Source: Octopus sinensis (lineage: Eukaryota). Taken from it: a stretch of DNA of 64,000 nt. A program made the translations under genes and the position numbers. Positions 14,157-62,658 of the stretch are shown here, in pieces (position 1 is the stretch's first letter; each line of letters begins with the position of its first letter). The stretch lies in NCBI RefSeq assembly GCF_006345805.1, contig NC_043022.1, forward strand, positions 9,982,001 to 10,046,000. Direction: 5' to 3'. The notes beneath the pieces are model-generated. The model was not told the origin of the DNA. It saw nothing but the letters and a program-made list of their open reading frames with translations, and did no database searches.

Positions 14157-14352
14157 ATACAAAATTTAGAGGAATGACCACTAATAGTGGACAGCTTGTA
14201 TGCTAGATATAGACGTCAAACTCGCCATTTACCACAAAGAATGTGTTCTCAAGAAAAAATTCAGCAAGATTTTTCGTGGTAAATGGCGAGTTTGACATCT
14301 ATATCTAGCATACAGGCTATCCACTATTAGTGGTCATTCCTCTAAATTTTGC
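14157..14352. repeat. Palindrome with ~80-bp arms
   Basis: aaaatttagaggaatgaccactaatagtgg...gccatttaccac and its reverse complement, ~40-bp spacer. Confidence 0.8.
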
Positions 14353-15471
14353 ATATATATATATATATATAATGGGCTTCTTTCAGCTTCCATCTATCAA
14401 AACCACTCACAAAGCTTTGGTCAGCCCAAGGCTATAGTAGAAGACACTTAACCAAGGTGCCATGCTGTGGGACTGAACCTGGAACCATGTGGTTGAGAAG
14501 CAAGCTTCTTACCACACAGCTACCCTTGCACCTATTCATATATAACATTATTTATATACAAGATAACTTGCACAAAAGGTCATTTATAAAAAAGACATTT
14601 GTGCCATATATAAGATTATAATTTCATATTATAATCAAAATTAATTGTTTGTACGGTAACTTGTATATGGAATCATTTGTCCAGAGGGTCACTTATATTC
14701 AAAGTTATATGGAATTATACTTGAGGATTTACAGTATGTAGTGTTATGTTTTACAAGGAACAGATGGGTTTCTCATTTTACATAGCTTAACCTGCACAAG
14801 TTAATGTGTGAAAAATAGAAAAAAGGAATTTTGAAAGAAGTTTATATAAAACTAGTTTTTAGACATCAAATGGCTAAGGGGGTCGACCAGAATAAGATAG
14901 CAATCAAAGGGGTTTGTAAGTAATAAATGGTTGAGAATCCTTGCTACAGAGGGTCATTGGTATTTTAATTTGTTGTTTTTCAATCTTTTGGGTTTTGTCA
15001 TGAATTAAAATAATTAAATGAGTAAATAGCTTCTGTTGTTGATTCATATTTCAAGCAATAATTAATATTGCTGCAATTTCAAGCAATAATTAATATTGCT
15101 GCAATTGGCTTTAACCCTTTAGCATTTAAACTGGCCATATCCGGTCCAAATGTTCTGTCTGTTTTATGTTCAAACTGGCCAGATCCAGCCTCGAGAGCTC
15201 TACCCTACAATGTCGTTCTAAAAATAAATGATCATATCTTCAAAATCTTGAAGCTACAGGATAATACGTGATTTAAAAAAAAAAATATGTAGATATATAA
15301 GCATTACATTTGATAAATCAATCTAAATGCTAAAGGGTTGAACTGATGCATATCTCGTGATGAACACTGCAGTGTTGTGACTTGGAGTAAATCCATGTTG
15401 AGTAAGATGTACACAATGCTAATTTGGACTAATATTGCTTCTGTTGTAATAATGAACAACACTTACATATG

Positions 15472-15778
15472 TGGAGGCGCAATGGCCCAGTGGTTAGGGC
15501 AGCGGACTCGCGGTCGTAGTATCGCGGTTTCGATTCCCAGACCGGGTGTTGTGAGTGTTTATTGAGCGAAAACACCTAAAGCTCCACAAGGCTCCGGCAG
15601 GGGGGGGGGGCGATCCCTGCTGTACTCTTTCGCCACAACTTTCTCTCACTCTTTCTTCTGTCGGCCTGCTCACTTAGCCAGCGGGGTGGCGTCATTTGAA
15701 GGCTAAAACAATGCGAAGCGCATTGTGACCAGCGATGTGTAGCAACATCTGATAGCCTGGTCGGTCATGGTGATCACA
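15472..15778 (+). mobile_element. tRNA-derived SINE (other copies 17277-17573 minus, ~18130-18445 minus)
   Basis: ggaggcgcaatggcccagtggttaggg...ggtttcgattccc head, repeated in the window. Confidence 0.8.
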
Positions 15779-15904
15779 TACATATGTATCTACTCCACTA
15801 CATCCATCTGTCTGTCTTTCCTCCTGACTATTGTATTATATTCTTATTCTATCCTTACTCTCTATTCAAAACTGGACTGCTATCCATAATCGACCCAATG
15901 GCTT

Positions 15905-16830
15905 GTGGGTCCCAGGACATCAACAGGAATTTCAACTGAACATTGTCTCAAACTCCAAATTCCACCTGATCAACCAGGCATAATCTGAGATCAGCCTGGC
16001 AAGTAAACACATGCTGAGGAACATCAAGAATGACATGAGGAGAGCCACGAACCACTCCCTATAGTGTAGCACCAACGAGGTGATTTCATGGTTTAATACC
16101 AGCATGGGGAGAGGCAGAGCAAGGTTCACCCAGTTTGACATAGTTGATTTTTACCCATCTATATTGAAAGGGTTACTGGTCAAGGCACTTTCCTTCACCT
16201 GGGGCTTCACTGACATTAGCAACAGGGACACAGATGCCATTATGCAAATCAGGAAAACACTGCTGTTCAATAAAGGTTCAACTAGAGTCAAATAAACTGA
16301 CCCTATCAGCTCTTTTGATGTAGTGATTGGAGCCTATGACAGCTCTAGTGTATGTGACCTCATCAGGTTGTATATCCTCAATACTCTTAAGAAGGAATTC
16401 CCCCGCTGTCCTTTTCGGTCTCTACAGAGACAACACTCTGGTTATCTCTAAAGGAGGCAACAAGCACACCCGAGACAGGCATAGGAGAGATCTGATTAAC
16501 ACTGTTGGCTCCATGGGAATGAAAATTACTATTGAGACCAACTTCACCACCGTGGACTTCTTAGACATCACACTCGACTTGGGCTCCAGTACGTACAAGC
16601 CTTACAATAAACCAAACGAGAGGCTGACACATCAACACAGCTTCCTTCTACCCACCCATCGTGTTCAAAAACCAAGTGAAGGGTGATGACAAGAGGATCA
16701 CAAGCCTTTCCTCTAGCCAAGAGATTTTTAATGCAGCAGCCCCCTGCCACAATGAAGCACTAGCTGTTGGGGGATTTAGGAATAGCATTGCCTACATAAA
16801 GGACTCTATAAATACAACAGGTTACCATTT
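15905..16830 (+). mobile_element. Penelope-like element RT remnant
   Basis: FDIVDFYPSI, GAYDSSSVCDLIRLYIL, GLYRDN, DFLDITLDL..TYKPYNKPN motifs, with stops and frameshifts. Confidence 0.8.
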
Positions 16831-19800
16831 GGCTTAAAAGTCACACCAGAGATTTTTCGGCAAATTATGGATGCTTATTCTTTGTAAACCTAGTACTTAT
16901 CCTATTGGTCTCTTTTGCAGAACCACTAAGTTATGGAAATGTAAACACACCAACATCAGTTGTCAAGTGATGGTGGGAAGACAAACACAGACACACACAC
17001 AAATACATACATACATATATATATATATTAATGTATATATATATATAGAAAATAGTAAAAAGTGAAAAAACTACAGAAGGCTTGTTTTAAAAGGTTAAAA
17101 AATATATATTTGAGTCATTATGTCAGAAGAATGTTATAAATTTTTTTCATACAATGACATAGTTTTTGAAGAAACAACTTGCACATGCAAGTGCTACCAG
17201 TCAAAATATATATATATATATTAATTTGTATATATATATATGTATGTATGTATATTATTGTATATATATATATATATATCACGTGATCACGTGACCAACC
17301 AGGCTATCAGATGTTGCTATCTCAATGCACTTCGCATTGGTTTAGCCTTCAAATGATGCCACCCCACTGGCTAAGCGAGCAGGCCGACAGAAGAAAGAGT
17401 GAGAGAAAGAGGGGGGAAAGAGTACAGCAGGGATCACCACCCCCTGCCGGAGCCTCGTGGAGCTTTAGGTGTTTTCGCTCAATAAACACTCACAATGCCT
17501 GGTCTGGGAATCGAAACTGCGATCATAGAATCACGAGTCCGCTGCTCTAACCGCTGGGCCATTGTGCCTCCACTATGTGTGTGTGGGTGTACATATATAT
17601 ATATATATGACAGGCTTCTATATCCTGTAACTCTATTCGCTGAATAGTTATGCATGACTTAACATTAAGAATACTGGGAAGGACAGAAATGAGAAATTCT
17701 TTGGCAATGGATATAATTTTTCCTCTCCTATCAATCACATTTGATCGTTATGCCAATCCTCTCATGACCTCATTTCTAACAGACACGGATTCTGCTTTTT
17801 TTTGCTTTTGTGTTTTATTTTCTCAAAATAGTCAGGAATTAATGTACTTTTAGTACAAAGACTGACAAAGTAAAAGTAGTAAAAGACAAGGTAAGTCATC
17901 ATAATTTCTTTTACCTTTTAATTTGTTTCAGTCATTAGACAGCGGCTATGCTGGGGCACTGCCTCGAAGAAAATTTTAGTCAAATGAATCGACTCCAGGA
18001 CCCATTTTTTAAAAATCTTTTTGCTGAATGGGGACATAAACACATTAACACTGGTTGTCAAGTGGTGGTGGTGGTAGTTGGAGGGGGGGGGACAAACACA
18101 AACACAGACCACATAGATATATTTTTATACATTTATATAATGGGCTACTTTGTTTGTTCCTTCTCGAGCCATGCCTGGCTCATAAGAGCCGGTTTCCCGG
18201 TTTCCTTGGTGTATAGGTTCCTCACCTGGACGGGACACCGCAGGTGAGCTGCAAGATGCAGGAGGAAAGAGTGAGAGAAAGTTGTGGTGAAAGAGTCAGC
18301 AGAAGTTCGCCATTACCTTCTCCTGGAACCGCGTGGAGCTTAGGTGTTTCGCTCATAAACACACAGATCGCCAAGTCTGAGATTCGAACGAGCGATCCCT
18401 CGACTGCAAGTCCGCTGCTCTAACCACTAGACCATGTGCCTCCACAATGGGCTTCTTTCAGTTTTCATCACTCACAAGGATTTGGTTGGCCCAACACTAT
18501 AGTAGAAGATATTTGCCCAAGGTGCCACACAGTGGGACTGAATTCGGAACCATATGGTTTGGAAGTAAGCTTTTTACCATACAGCCACTGATTGCAATAT
18601 TAATTTTTTTACCTCATTTATCAAGCTGTTCAACATGGTTTAGTAACTGTGTTTGATGCGACTGACATTTGAATGAGCGCTCACATTTAGAAGACAGAGA
18701 GAAACTTAGAGGAGATAATTAACATCACAGTAATTTACTCTAAATAACCAATACCTACTGAATATCATCATCATCATCATCGTTTAACGTCCACTTTCCA
18801 TGCTAGCATGGGTTGGACAGTTCGACTGGGGTCTGGGAAGCCAGGAGGCTGCAGCAGGCCCAGTCTGATCTGGCAGTGTTTCTACAGCTGGATGCCCTTC
18901 CTAACGCGAACCACTCCGTGAGTGTAGTGGGTGCTTTTTACGTGCCAGGCGAGGCTGGCAACGGCCACGATCAGTTGGTGCTTTTTACGTGCCACCGGCA
19001 CGGAGGCCAGTCAGGGCTGCGCTGGCAACGGCCAGGTTTGGATGGTTCTTTTACGTGCCACTGGCACTGGCATCACAACTACAATTTCTATTGATTTTTG
19101 AACGATTTTGATTTCGATTCCGATTTCACTTGCCTCAACAGGTCTTTTTACATAAACCAACACTGGAATAGTCTTATGATGTACCCAGTGTTTTATCTTT
19201 AATTTCCACTAACATGTATTTTTTAATAAGTGGACATAAAGAAAACAAAATCTCACTCCTGGTAATTACACAATCACTGGAGGTTCTTGGGTTTTTTTAA
19301 AGGATACAGTTTTTCAGGCAAACATATGGAACATCTTTTTGACCCATTAACCCTTTAGTGTTCTCATTATTCTGCCAAAATTAATGCCTTTTCATCCTCA
19401 TTGTTTTGAACTAATCATGCATTATCTTGTAGCTATGAGATTTTGATGAGGTAGCTGTTAATTTTTAAGATGATATTGTAGGGTTGGTGTGAGAGACCAG
19501 ATATGGCCAGTTTGAACATAAAACAAGCAGAATACTTTTGGCTGGATATGGCCAGTTTAAATGCTAAAGGGTTAATATAGGTTTCATCTTAAAAAGCATC
19601 GTCCATTTGATGTTGTAGCTGATCCAATATAATGCTTGGTCTCTGTCTAACCATTACCATGGTTCGCTGACACCTGTACTTCATAAACAGCAGCAGTTGT
19701 ATTGCATGCTTGTCCTAGAATACATTTAGATTTATCTCTGCATGTGCATCCAGGATAAGTCTGAGTCACCAATTGTTTATCAATATAGACCTTTGCATTG

Positions 19801-20414
19801 GGTGTGGGCATGAATATGTGATTTTAACTGTATGGCAATTTAATATGTTTTTATACCTATGGTTGCTGGGAAAGTGATAATCTAATAAGTGTAATAATCT
19901 CGTATTTATATTTGTGCTAACATTTAGGGAGGAGGGTAGGACAAACCAACCACTTTACAGTGAGTACTGGATGCTTTTCTCATGCCGCCAGCACTATTGC
20001 AGGCACCATGCAGCTTTCAAACCAACAAAACCTGAGGGTGAGGGCTTAATGCTAGCACTTGAGGGTTAATGTATAAGAGGTAGGGCAAAGCAGGTTCTTG
20101 TAGTAGGAGAGCTAGTTGGCAACTCCTATTTAGGAGAGAATGAGAAACAAATCAGTAGTAACTGCAAATAAGATAAATAGAGATGATGAGGTATCCTGCT
20201 TGAAATAACCATCAACAACAAAAGTCATTTACATATTTAATTATTTTAATCCATAGAAACAAAACCCAAAGTTTGGAAAAACCAAGTTAGAATATAAATG
20301 CTCTTCTTTAAAATGGTGAATTTGTATACAAATAACTTAGTGTATGAGGGTGTGCTGAAAAGTTTCTGGCTTTCAGTAAAAGAAAATACAGGATGTCAGT
20401 TAATCATCATTTTA

Positions 20415-20589
20415 CAGTTCTATATTTAAGAGATGAGGAATTATGCACATTATTTACATTTGACAGATATTTGTCCTCGTCTTCTTTGTAGTTAACACAA
20501 CATTTCAGCTGATATATCCTCCAGCCTTCATCAGATGTCTTGGGGAAATTTCAAACCTGGGTTCTCATTCTTAAGGTATTTTTTCGATG

Positions 20590-20628
<39 letters not shown>

Positions 20629-20755
20629 TCACACCTTGGAATTGAACTCGGAATCTTGGGGTTAGCAGCCCATGCTCTTAACCACTACGCCATATGCCCA
20701 TGATTCCGAATTCAATTCCAAGCAGTGACCTGAATAATAATAATAATACTAATAC

Positions 20756-20821
<66 letters not shown>

Positions 20822-20995
20822 GATAATAATAATAAAATTATAATAATAATATCGAAAAAATACCTTAGGAATGAGAACCCAGTTTGAAATTTCCCCAAGA
20901 CACCTGATGAAGGCTGGATGCTATATCAGCTGAAATGCTGTGTTAACAACAAACAAGATGAGAACAATTATCCGTCAAATGTAAATAATGTATAA
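20415..20995. repeat. Palindromic Penelope-like pLTR element with (ATT/AAT)n spacers and a CTGATGA..GAAA motif
   Basis: Arms ~20440-20640 and ~20720-20995 are reverse complements. ctgatgaaggctgg...cagctgaaa at 20904-20935. Interrupts a mariner-like MITE. Confidence 0.7.
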
Positions 20996-21790
20996 TTATG
21001 TATTTTATTCAACATATTCCCCTCTCAGATTCACACATGTGTTACAGTGGTTCTTCAGCTTTTCTGAGCTCTGTAAAAGAACTCAGAAGGCTGGGCCTCC
21101 AACCAGGCCCTTCACGATACACTCACAGGCAGGAACTTTTCAGCACCTCCTCATACAAGTGACCATCTATAAAGAAACGGCTAAATAAAAGTTACCTTGA
21201 ATACAAATAATTACATATTATATTTTATATAATATAAAATTGTAATTTTAATTTTAATATAAATGACCTTTTTATAAATGACCCTTTATCAGGCATGGGC
21301 AAGCTTTTATGAGAAGCAAGCAACAGGAGATATGGCACATCATGAGATGGGCCCATACTACTAAAAAATTTGAAATATTTTTTTCATTAGCCATGCCATT
21401 CAGAAGGTTCTGCTCACTGCAGATTCCTCGTGTCTGCTTTTATAAAGGATATAAGTGACCTTTGCATAAATACCATTTAAATAAATGATTTTTTAGAAAA
21501 TAACCTTGTAAACAAATAACTGGCACATCTTGGCCATGTATACCACCGAATCTCCCCAAAATACAAGGGGTTGATGAAAAGTTCTTGGCCTTATAAAACG
21601 CCTTGGAAGGTTAGGTCTCCAACCAGGCTTTTCCCAGTAATCTTAAAGCCGGGAACTTTTCCACACACCCTCATATATAATACAAAGAACCCTGAAAAAT
21701 TGCTTCTAATGAAGCACCAGGTTTCATTTCATTAATATTCATCAGTGCATCATCAATATATCTTTATTTCCTTCCTCTTTAAAGGACTTA

Positions 21791-58017
<36,227 letters not shown>

Positions 58018-58056
58018 CTGGGAAAATAAAATCATCAAAGAAATATTGTTATACTC

Positions 58057-58104
<48 letters not shown>

Positions 58105-58429
58105 AACAGAGGGTGTATTGTGTCACACAAAATAGAATCAGAAATAGAGTCTGGATCTAATATGAAATCAAACTAAAATGCTTTGTGGATTGTGAATTGA
58201 GACTTGACTAAGTTCTTAGAGCAACTTTGGGGTCTCACTAAAAATGAACAAAGCTAGTCTTTGTTCGGCTGCTGTCCGTGCAACGTCTATATTCATCCCT
58301 TTGCCCATGAAATCTTGTATTTCCACACACGCCAGCATAAATTAATTCGTCCTTAGTCAAAAGACACCTGTTGCTATGATAGGGGTTACAAGTGAACAAA
58401 CTAAATTTGTTTCTCCATTTTCTTATTTG

Positions 58430-58472
<43 letters not shown>

Positions 58473-58544
58473 TACACACAATGGGCTTCTTTCAGTTTCC
58501 ACCTACCAAATCCACTCACAAGGCTTATTGAAGACACAACATAC

Positions 58545-58895
58545 AAATTCAAGTCGGGACAGACTTTTACGATAAAAAAAATCACTTTACACGTTCTTCA
58601 AGGAGTTTAATAACAAATGTCAAGGCTGTAATGAAGATTACATACATCAAACAAAGCTTACTCTAAGAAATAGACTGACCGCCATTCACTGACAACAAAT
58701 ATGTGACCCCAGTACTAGACAGATTCCACTGAGTGGACACGCAGACATATGTGCAAAAAAATAAGTCTCCTAAATTCCAGGTCTTCCCACTCTACCTATG
58801 TTCGGCGAATACCACAGGTGACGCACGGATAAACAAAGAAAATACTTTCAGACAAAAGTACAAACCCAGATTTAACAAACTTTAACAGATTACAT
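58545..58895 (+). mobile_element. Penelope-like GIY-YIG endonuclease 3' remnant
   Basis: SGQTFTIK..., CQGCNEDYIHQTKLTLRNRL, RQIPLSGHADIC, KYKPRFN-like translation across frameshifts. Confidence 0.65.
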
Positions 58896-58919
58896 ACACA
58901 AATAAGTATTAATGCATAA

Positions 58920-61900
58920 AATTTATTCTGCCACTTATCATGAGGAAACTACACACCCTGTAGTGAGTGTGTGCGATTTGAATATAGAGGCACCTACCTT
59001 CTCTTCGTGGTGACAGAGATCCTCCAGAGATGGCTGGTCCTTCCTCACAGCCCTACCCGAACACTAACAATAGCAGCTGCTAGCCCCAAAACCCTTTAGC
59101 GACTTCCTCGCACGTCTTGTCGCCAGCACGAGCCACGTTGGAAAAGGTCAACTTCCGCCCCCTGCGCACGCTTGACCGCTGACCCCTTCCGCTTGCCCCA
59201 GCTTCCGGTCGATGCACCCCGCTGCTGACGTCCGGCTGCTGACGTCATCCCACACGCCACCCTGATCTTAAAGATCACAATCTCTCCGCTCCATGTTGTA
59301 GTCTACCATCCAACCGGGAGAGCGCCTTGCTCGTCGAGATCTTCTCAAGCTGGGCTCCTCATTCTCCCCCTCTCCCGAATCATCGTCCGTCGAAGCAACA
59401 ATCCTGCGAAGGTCCAAGACATGTCGCGGTGTGCCATCTACGAATACGTTGCTTCCAGAATTGATCGCCGTCACCGTTCCTCTGCTCCATTGAGACGTAC
59501 AGCACGCCTTTGGTGGCTTGACCCAGACTTCCTCCCCTATTTTCACGCGAACAGGTCCCTTCTCTTCCTTGTGACCCTCCGGCGCTTTGCTCGGGTGCCT
59601 CCATTCATATTTGAACACAGCTCTCTGCGGCACAGATTCCTCAGCCTGTCCGGATCGGGGAGACAAATTGTACCAAAAAACTGCTTCAAGCGGCGAAATG
59701 TGCCCTCTTTCCGCTATGGCCTTGACTGTCCGATGGTGCCTCTCCACGATCCCGTTACCGCCCGGCCTATACGCTGCTCTGAACAAGCGTCGCACGTTCC
59801 ATCGATCAAGCATAACCCTCAATGCTTCCGAACGAAACGCCGCCCCGTTGTCCATCAGTAGTTCTTCCACGGGACCTCTCTCTAAAAATATCCCGTTCAG
59901 GATCTGCACGATCTCGTCAGCAATGCCCGATCTCAACTCCCTCCAAATGGCCAGCTGGCCCGGCCCACAGTCGACCATGGAGATACAGGGTCCTGTCCAC
60001 ACCCAGGTGATGCATAGTGTACAGTTTCTTCAGTTCAGAGTCATCCAACCGACACGCCGCACTCCAACCGACACTCCTCCGGTTCTTCCAACCACGCCCT
60101 TTTCACCCTGGTCAGTACGTCCGCCTTGTTTTTCTCCGAAGGCACGAAGACCACGTTCAGCTTCAGTCCGAATTCGGCGATCAATTCACCTAGAACTCCT
60201 TGACGGCGCTTCACTAACATCTCCGCAGCACCTTTCGTCCGCACTCTCCTGTCACCGGTGATCACCGATCCTACCCAGCCAAGCACAGTGGCTGAATCCG
60301 TCCGCATTTCAATCGTGCGCAGCCCCCATTTCAAGGCCAAGTTCACCCCTTTCAGCAGCGCGTCTAATTCGGCGACATTGATGTGGTTGAAATCATCTGC
60401 TTTCCGAAGCCAGGCCGCGTCCTCCACCGCAGTGCCTTCGATTGCCAACACCACCCCTATCGCTATACTGCTAGCATCACACCAGATGGTCTCGCATTTC
60501 GTCTTGGGCACGTACCAGTTCCCCCTGACCGGGTCTTCCGCTCTTGTCCTCTCTAGGATCTCCTGCATCATCGCCACCGTCCCTTCTCCCACCTTGTCGC
60601 CCCACCTCTCTCCTTCCGCTCGTCTCTTGGTGTAACTACACGCCGTGCGCAGCCATCCAGCGATCGGGTAGTGACCGACCAACTTCCCACACACCGAGAA
60701 CAGCTCTCTCCTGCTGACGCTGGAACTCAGCTCTGGGATTTCATTTCCTCTCCGGAACACCAATTCACCTGATCTATCTCTTCGCAGCTTCAGCCCCAGC
60801 ACGGCTCCCCCTTCAATCGACTCCGGTGGCTTAGCAATCAGTCCGAACTTCTCCAGATGTCTCACTACCTCGTCGGCTGGCACTACAGTTTCGTCCACCA
60901 AAATGTCGTCAATGTAGGAGCTGGTGGCCTTTCTAATCTTGCCGTCTTTCCCTAGGACGGACCTAAGCACTGCCGCCATGATCTTCGGAGCGGAATTCAG
61001 CCCGAAACCCAGCCTGGTTAGACAGTACGTCCGGCCCTTGTACCGCACCAGCTGATATCGCCATAGTTTGTCGCTCACATGGAGCTGCAAGTATGCCGAT
61101 CTCAAGTTGACAATCGTCGCTGCCTCAGTCGACTGTCTCCACTTACGCAATGCCTCACCACAAACGTCTGTCGCCTCACCTCCCGTGTGACACGATATGT
61201 GCTGGTTTAGCTCCCTGAAGTCCAGCACCGGTCTGACTTTTCCCTTCGTAGGCTGCACCACCGCCATCAGGGGTAGCACTCCGCCTGCTACCTCCTCCTT
61301 CCAAGGGACAAGGACCCCTTCCTCGATCCACCTCTCCACCTCGTCTTCAAACTCAACCCTGGCGTGGCCTTTCAGGGTATGCTGGTAACAGCTCACCCTG
61401 TTCTCCAGTGTCGGGGGCTCGTCCTTCCATTTCCACTCTATCGTCCACCGCTGACCATCGAATGCCGCCTGAAAGTCTTTGTCCTCGATGGTGTAAGCGG
61501 CGCAGTCCCTCGCGGGGCTCTGCTCCCTCTGGCGATCCTGACTCGCAGTGCACGACGCCCCCACGCTTCCGAACATGACCTCATTTCCCACAACACTGAC
61601 GCCACCGAGGCAGTTGATGGCGTCCATCCCCATCACCACATCAACTCCATTTATCACGCGTTCGGCCACAATTGCCTGCAGCCTTAGCGTTGCGCCGCGC
61701 ACCACTATCTCTACCTTGCTGCTGCCTCTGCAACAGATTTCGCTGCCGTCGACCGCCCGGACACTACACACCCCGTTCCATTCCTTCGTCACCCTCGAAG
61801 TCACCAGGGTGGTCGTACAGCCCGTATCCACAAGGGCCTTGAACGACTCCCCCTCGGCCTCCACGTCAATCAATGGCAGCGTCTCCAATAGCGCCTCTAC

Positions 61901-62075
61901 TCGTTTGAGGGGAAAGTTCGAGAGGCAGCAACTTCCCCGCGGTCGTTTCCCTGGCCACAATCACAGGCAATGTGCCCTGTCTGCCTGCATCGATAGCAAA
62001 CGGGCCCCGGCTGCGTACAGTCCCGCGCCATGTGCGGTCCCTGGCATCTAAAACATCCTGAGAACTGCCGCTCAT
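58920..62075 (-). mobile_element. Gypsy-type LTR retrotransposon remnant (gag knuckles, PR, RT, RNase H, integrase, probable 3' LTR), 5'-truncated
   Basis: Two CCHC knuckles, ALVDTGC protease, RT YIDD, RNase H WCDAS/AELDA/TDS, integrase MDNGAAF...GNGIVER in PR-RT-RH-IN order. Putative LTR starts tgtggg at 59254 after a purine-rich tract. First RT Asp reads N (IVNLRSAYLQ). Frameshift near 60020. Confidence 0.88.
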
Positions 62076-62658
62076 CCCACACACCCAACAACCTAAATTT
62101 TAGTCAGACATTTGGAATGCCTTGATTATAACTAAACATGTTCACTCAACCATGTCAAAGCATATAAAAGGTTATAAACTTAATCATTCTCTACAAACAC
62201 TTGACTGGGAAACATGTAGAGCATTGATTGTTTGGATATGTTCAGTCAACCATGTCAGCCTTAACTTGATACTAACAGACTGACATAGCAGGGTACCTAC
62301 AAAAATTTCTAAGACCAGTCATGTCATTATCCTCAACCAATCAAATCCTAGTCAAGAGAGAGGCCACACCTTTCTCTTTGAACTTTTTGAAAATCAATGT
62401 AAACTGTGAAACCAGTTAAAACATTAAATATAATAATAAAACATATTTTAACTATTCTTAGTGCATTTTCAACTATTTTTCCTATATTTCTACACTTATG
62501 GAATAAAATAACTTTATTTTCTATACATATATATATATATCTATATATAAAATATATATAATATATATATGTATATATGTATTATATATATGTATATATG
62601 TATATATATATATATATGAATATATGTATATATATAGTCATATATGTATATATATATA

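Noticed and set aside
15472-15560. tRNA genes at SINE heads (also 24378, 26207, 17500)
   Set aside because: A/B boxes are present but the sequence continues into SINE bodies repeated in the window, with no convincing acceptor stem.
60258-62051. Plus-strand ORFs overlapping the Gypsy pol (and minus-strand ORFs over Tx1 and RTE)
   Set aside because: Antisense shadows of GC-richer coding sequence with no motifs of their own.
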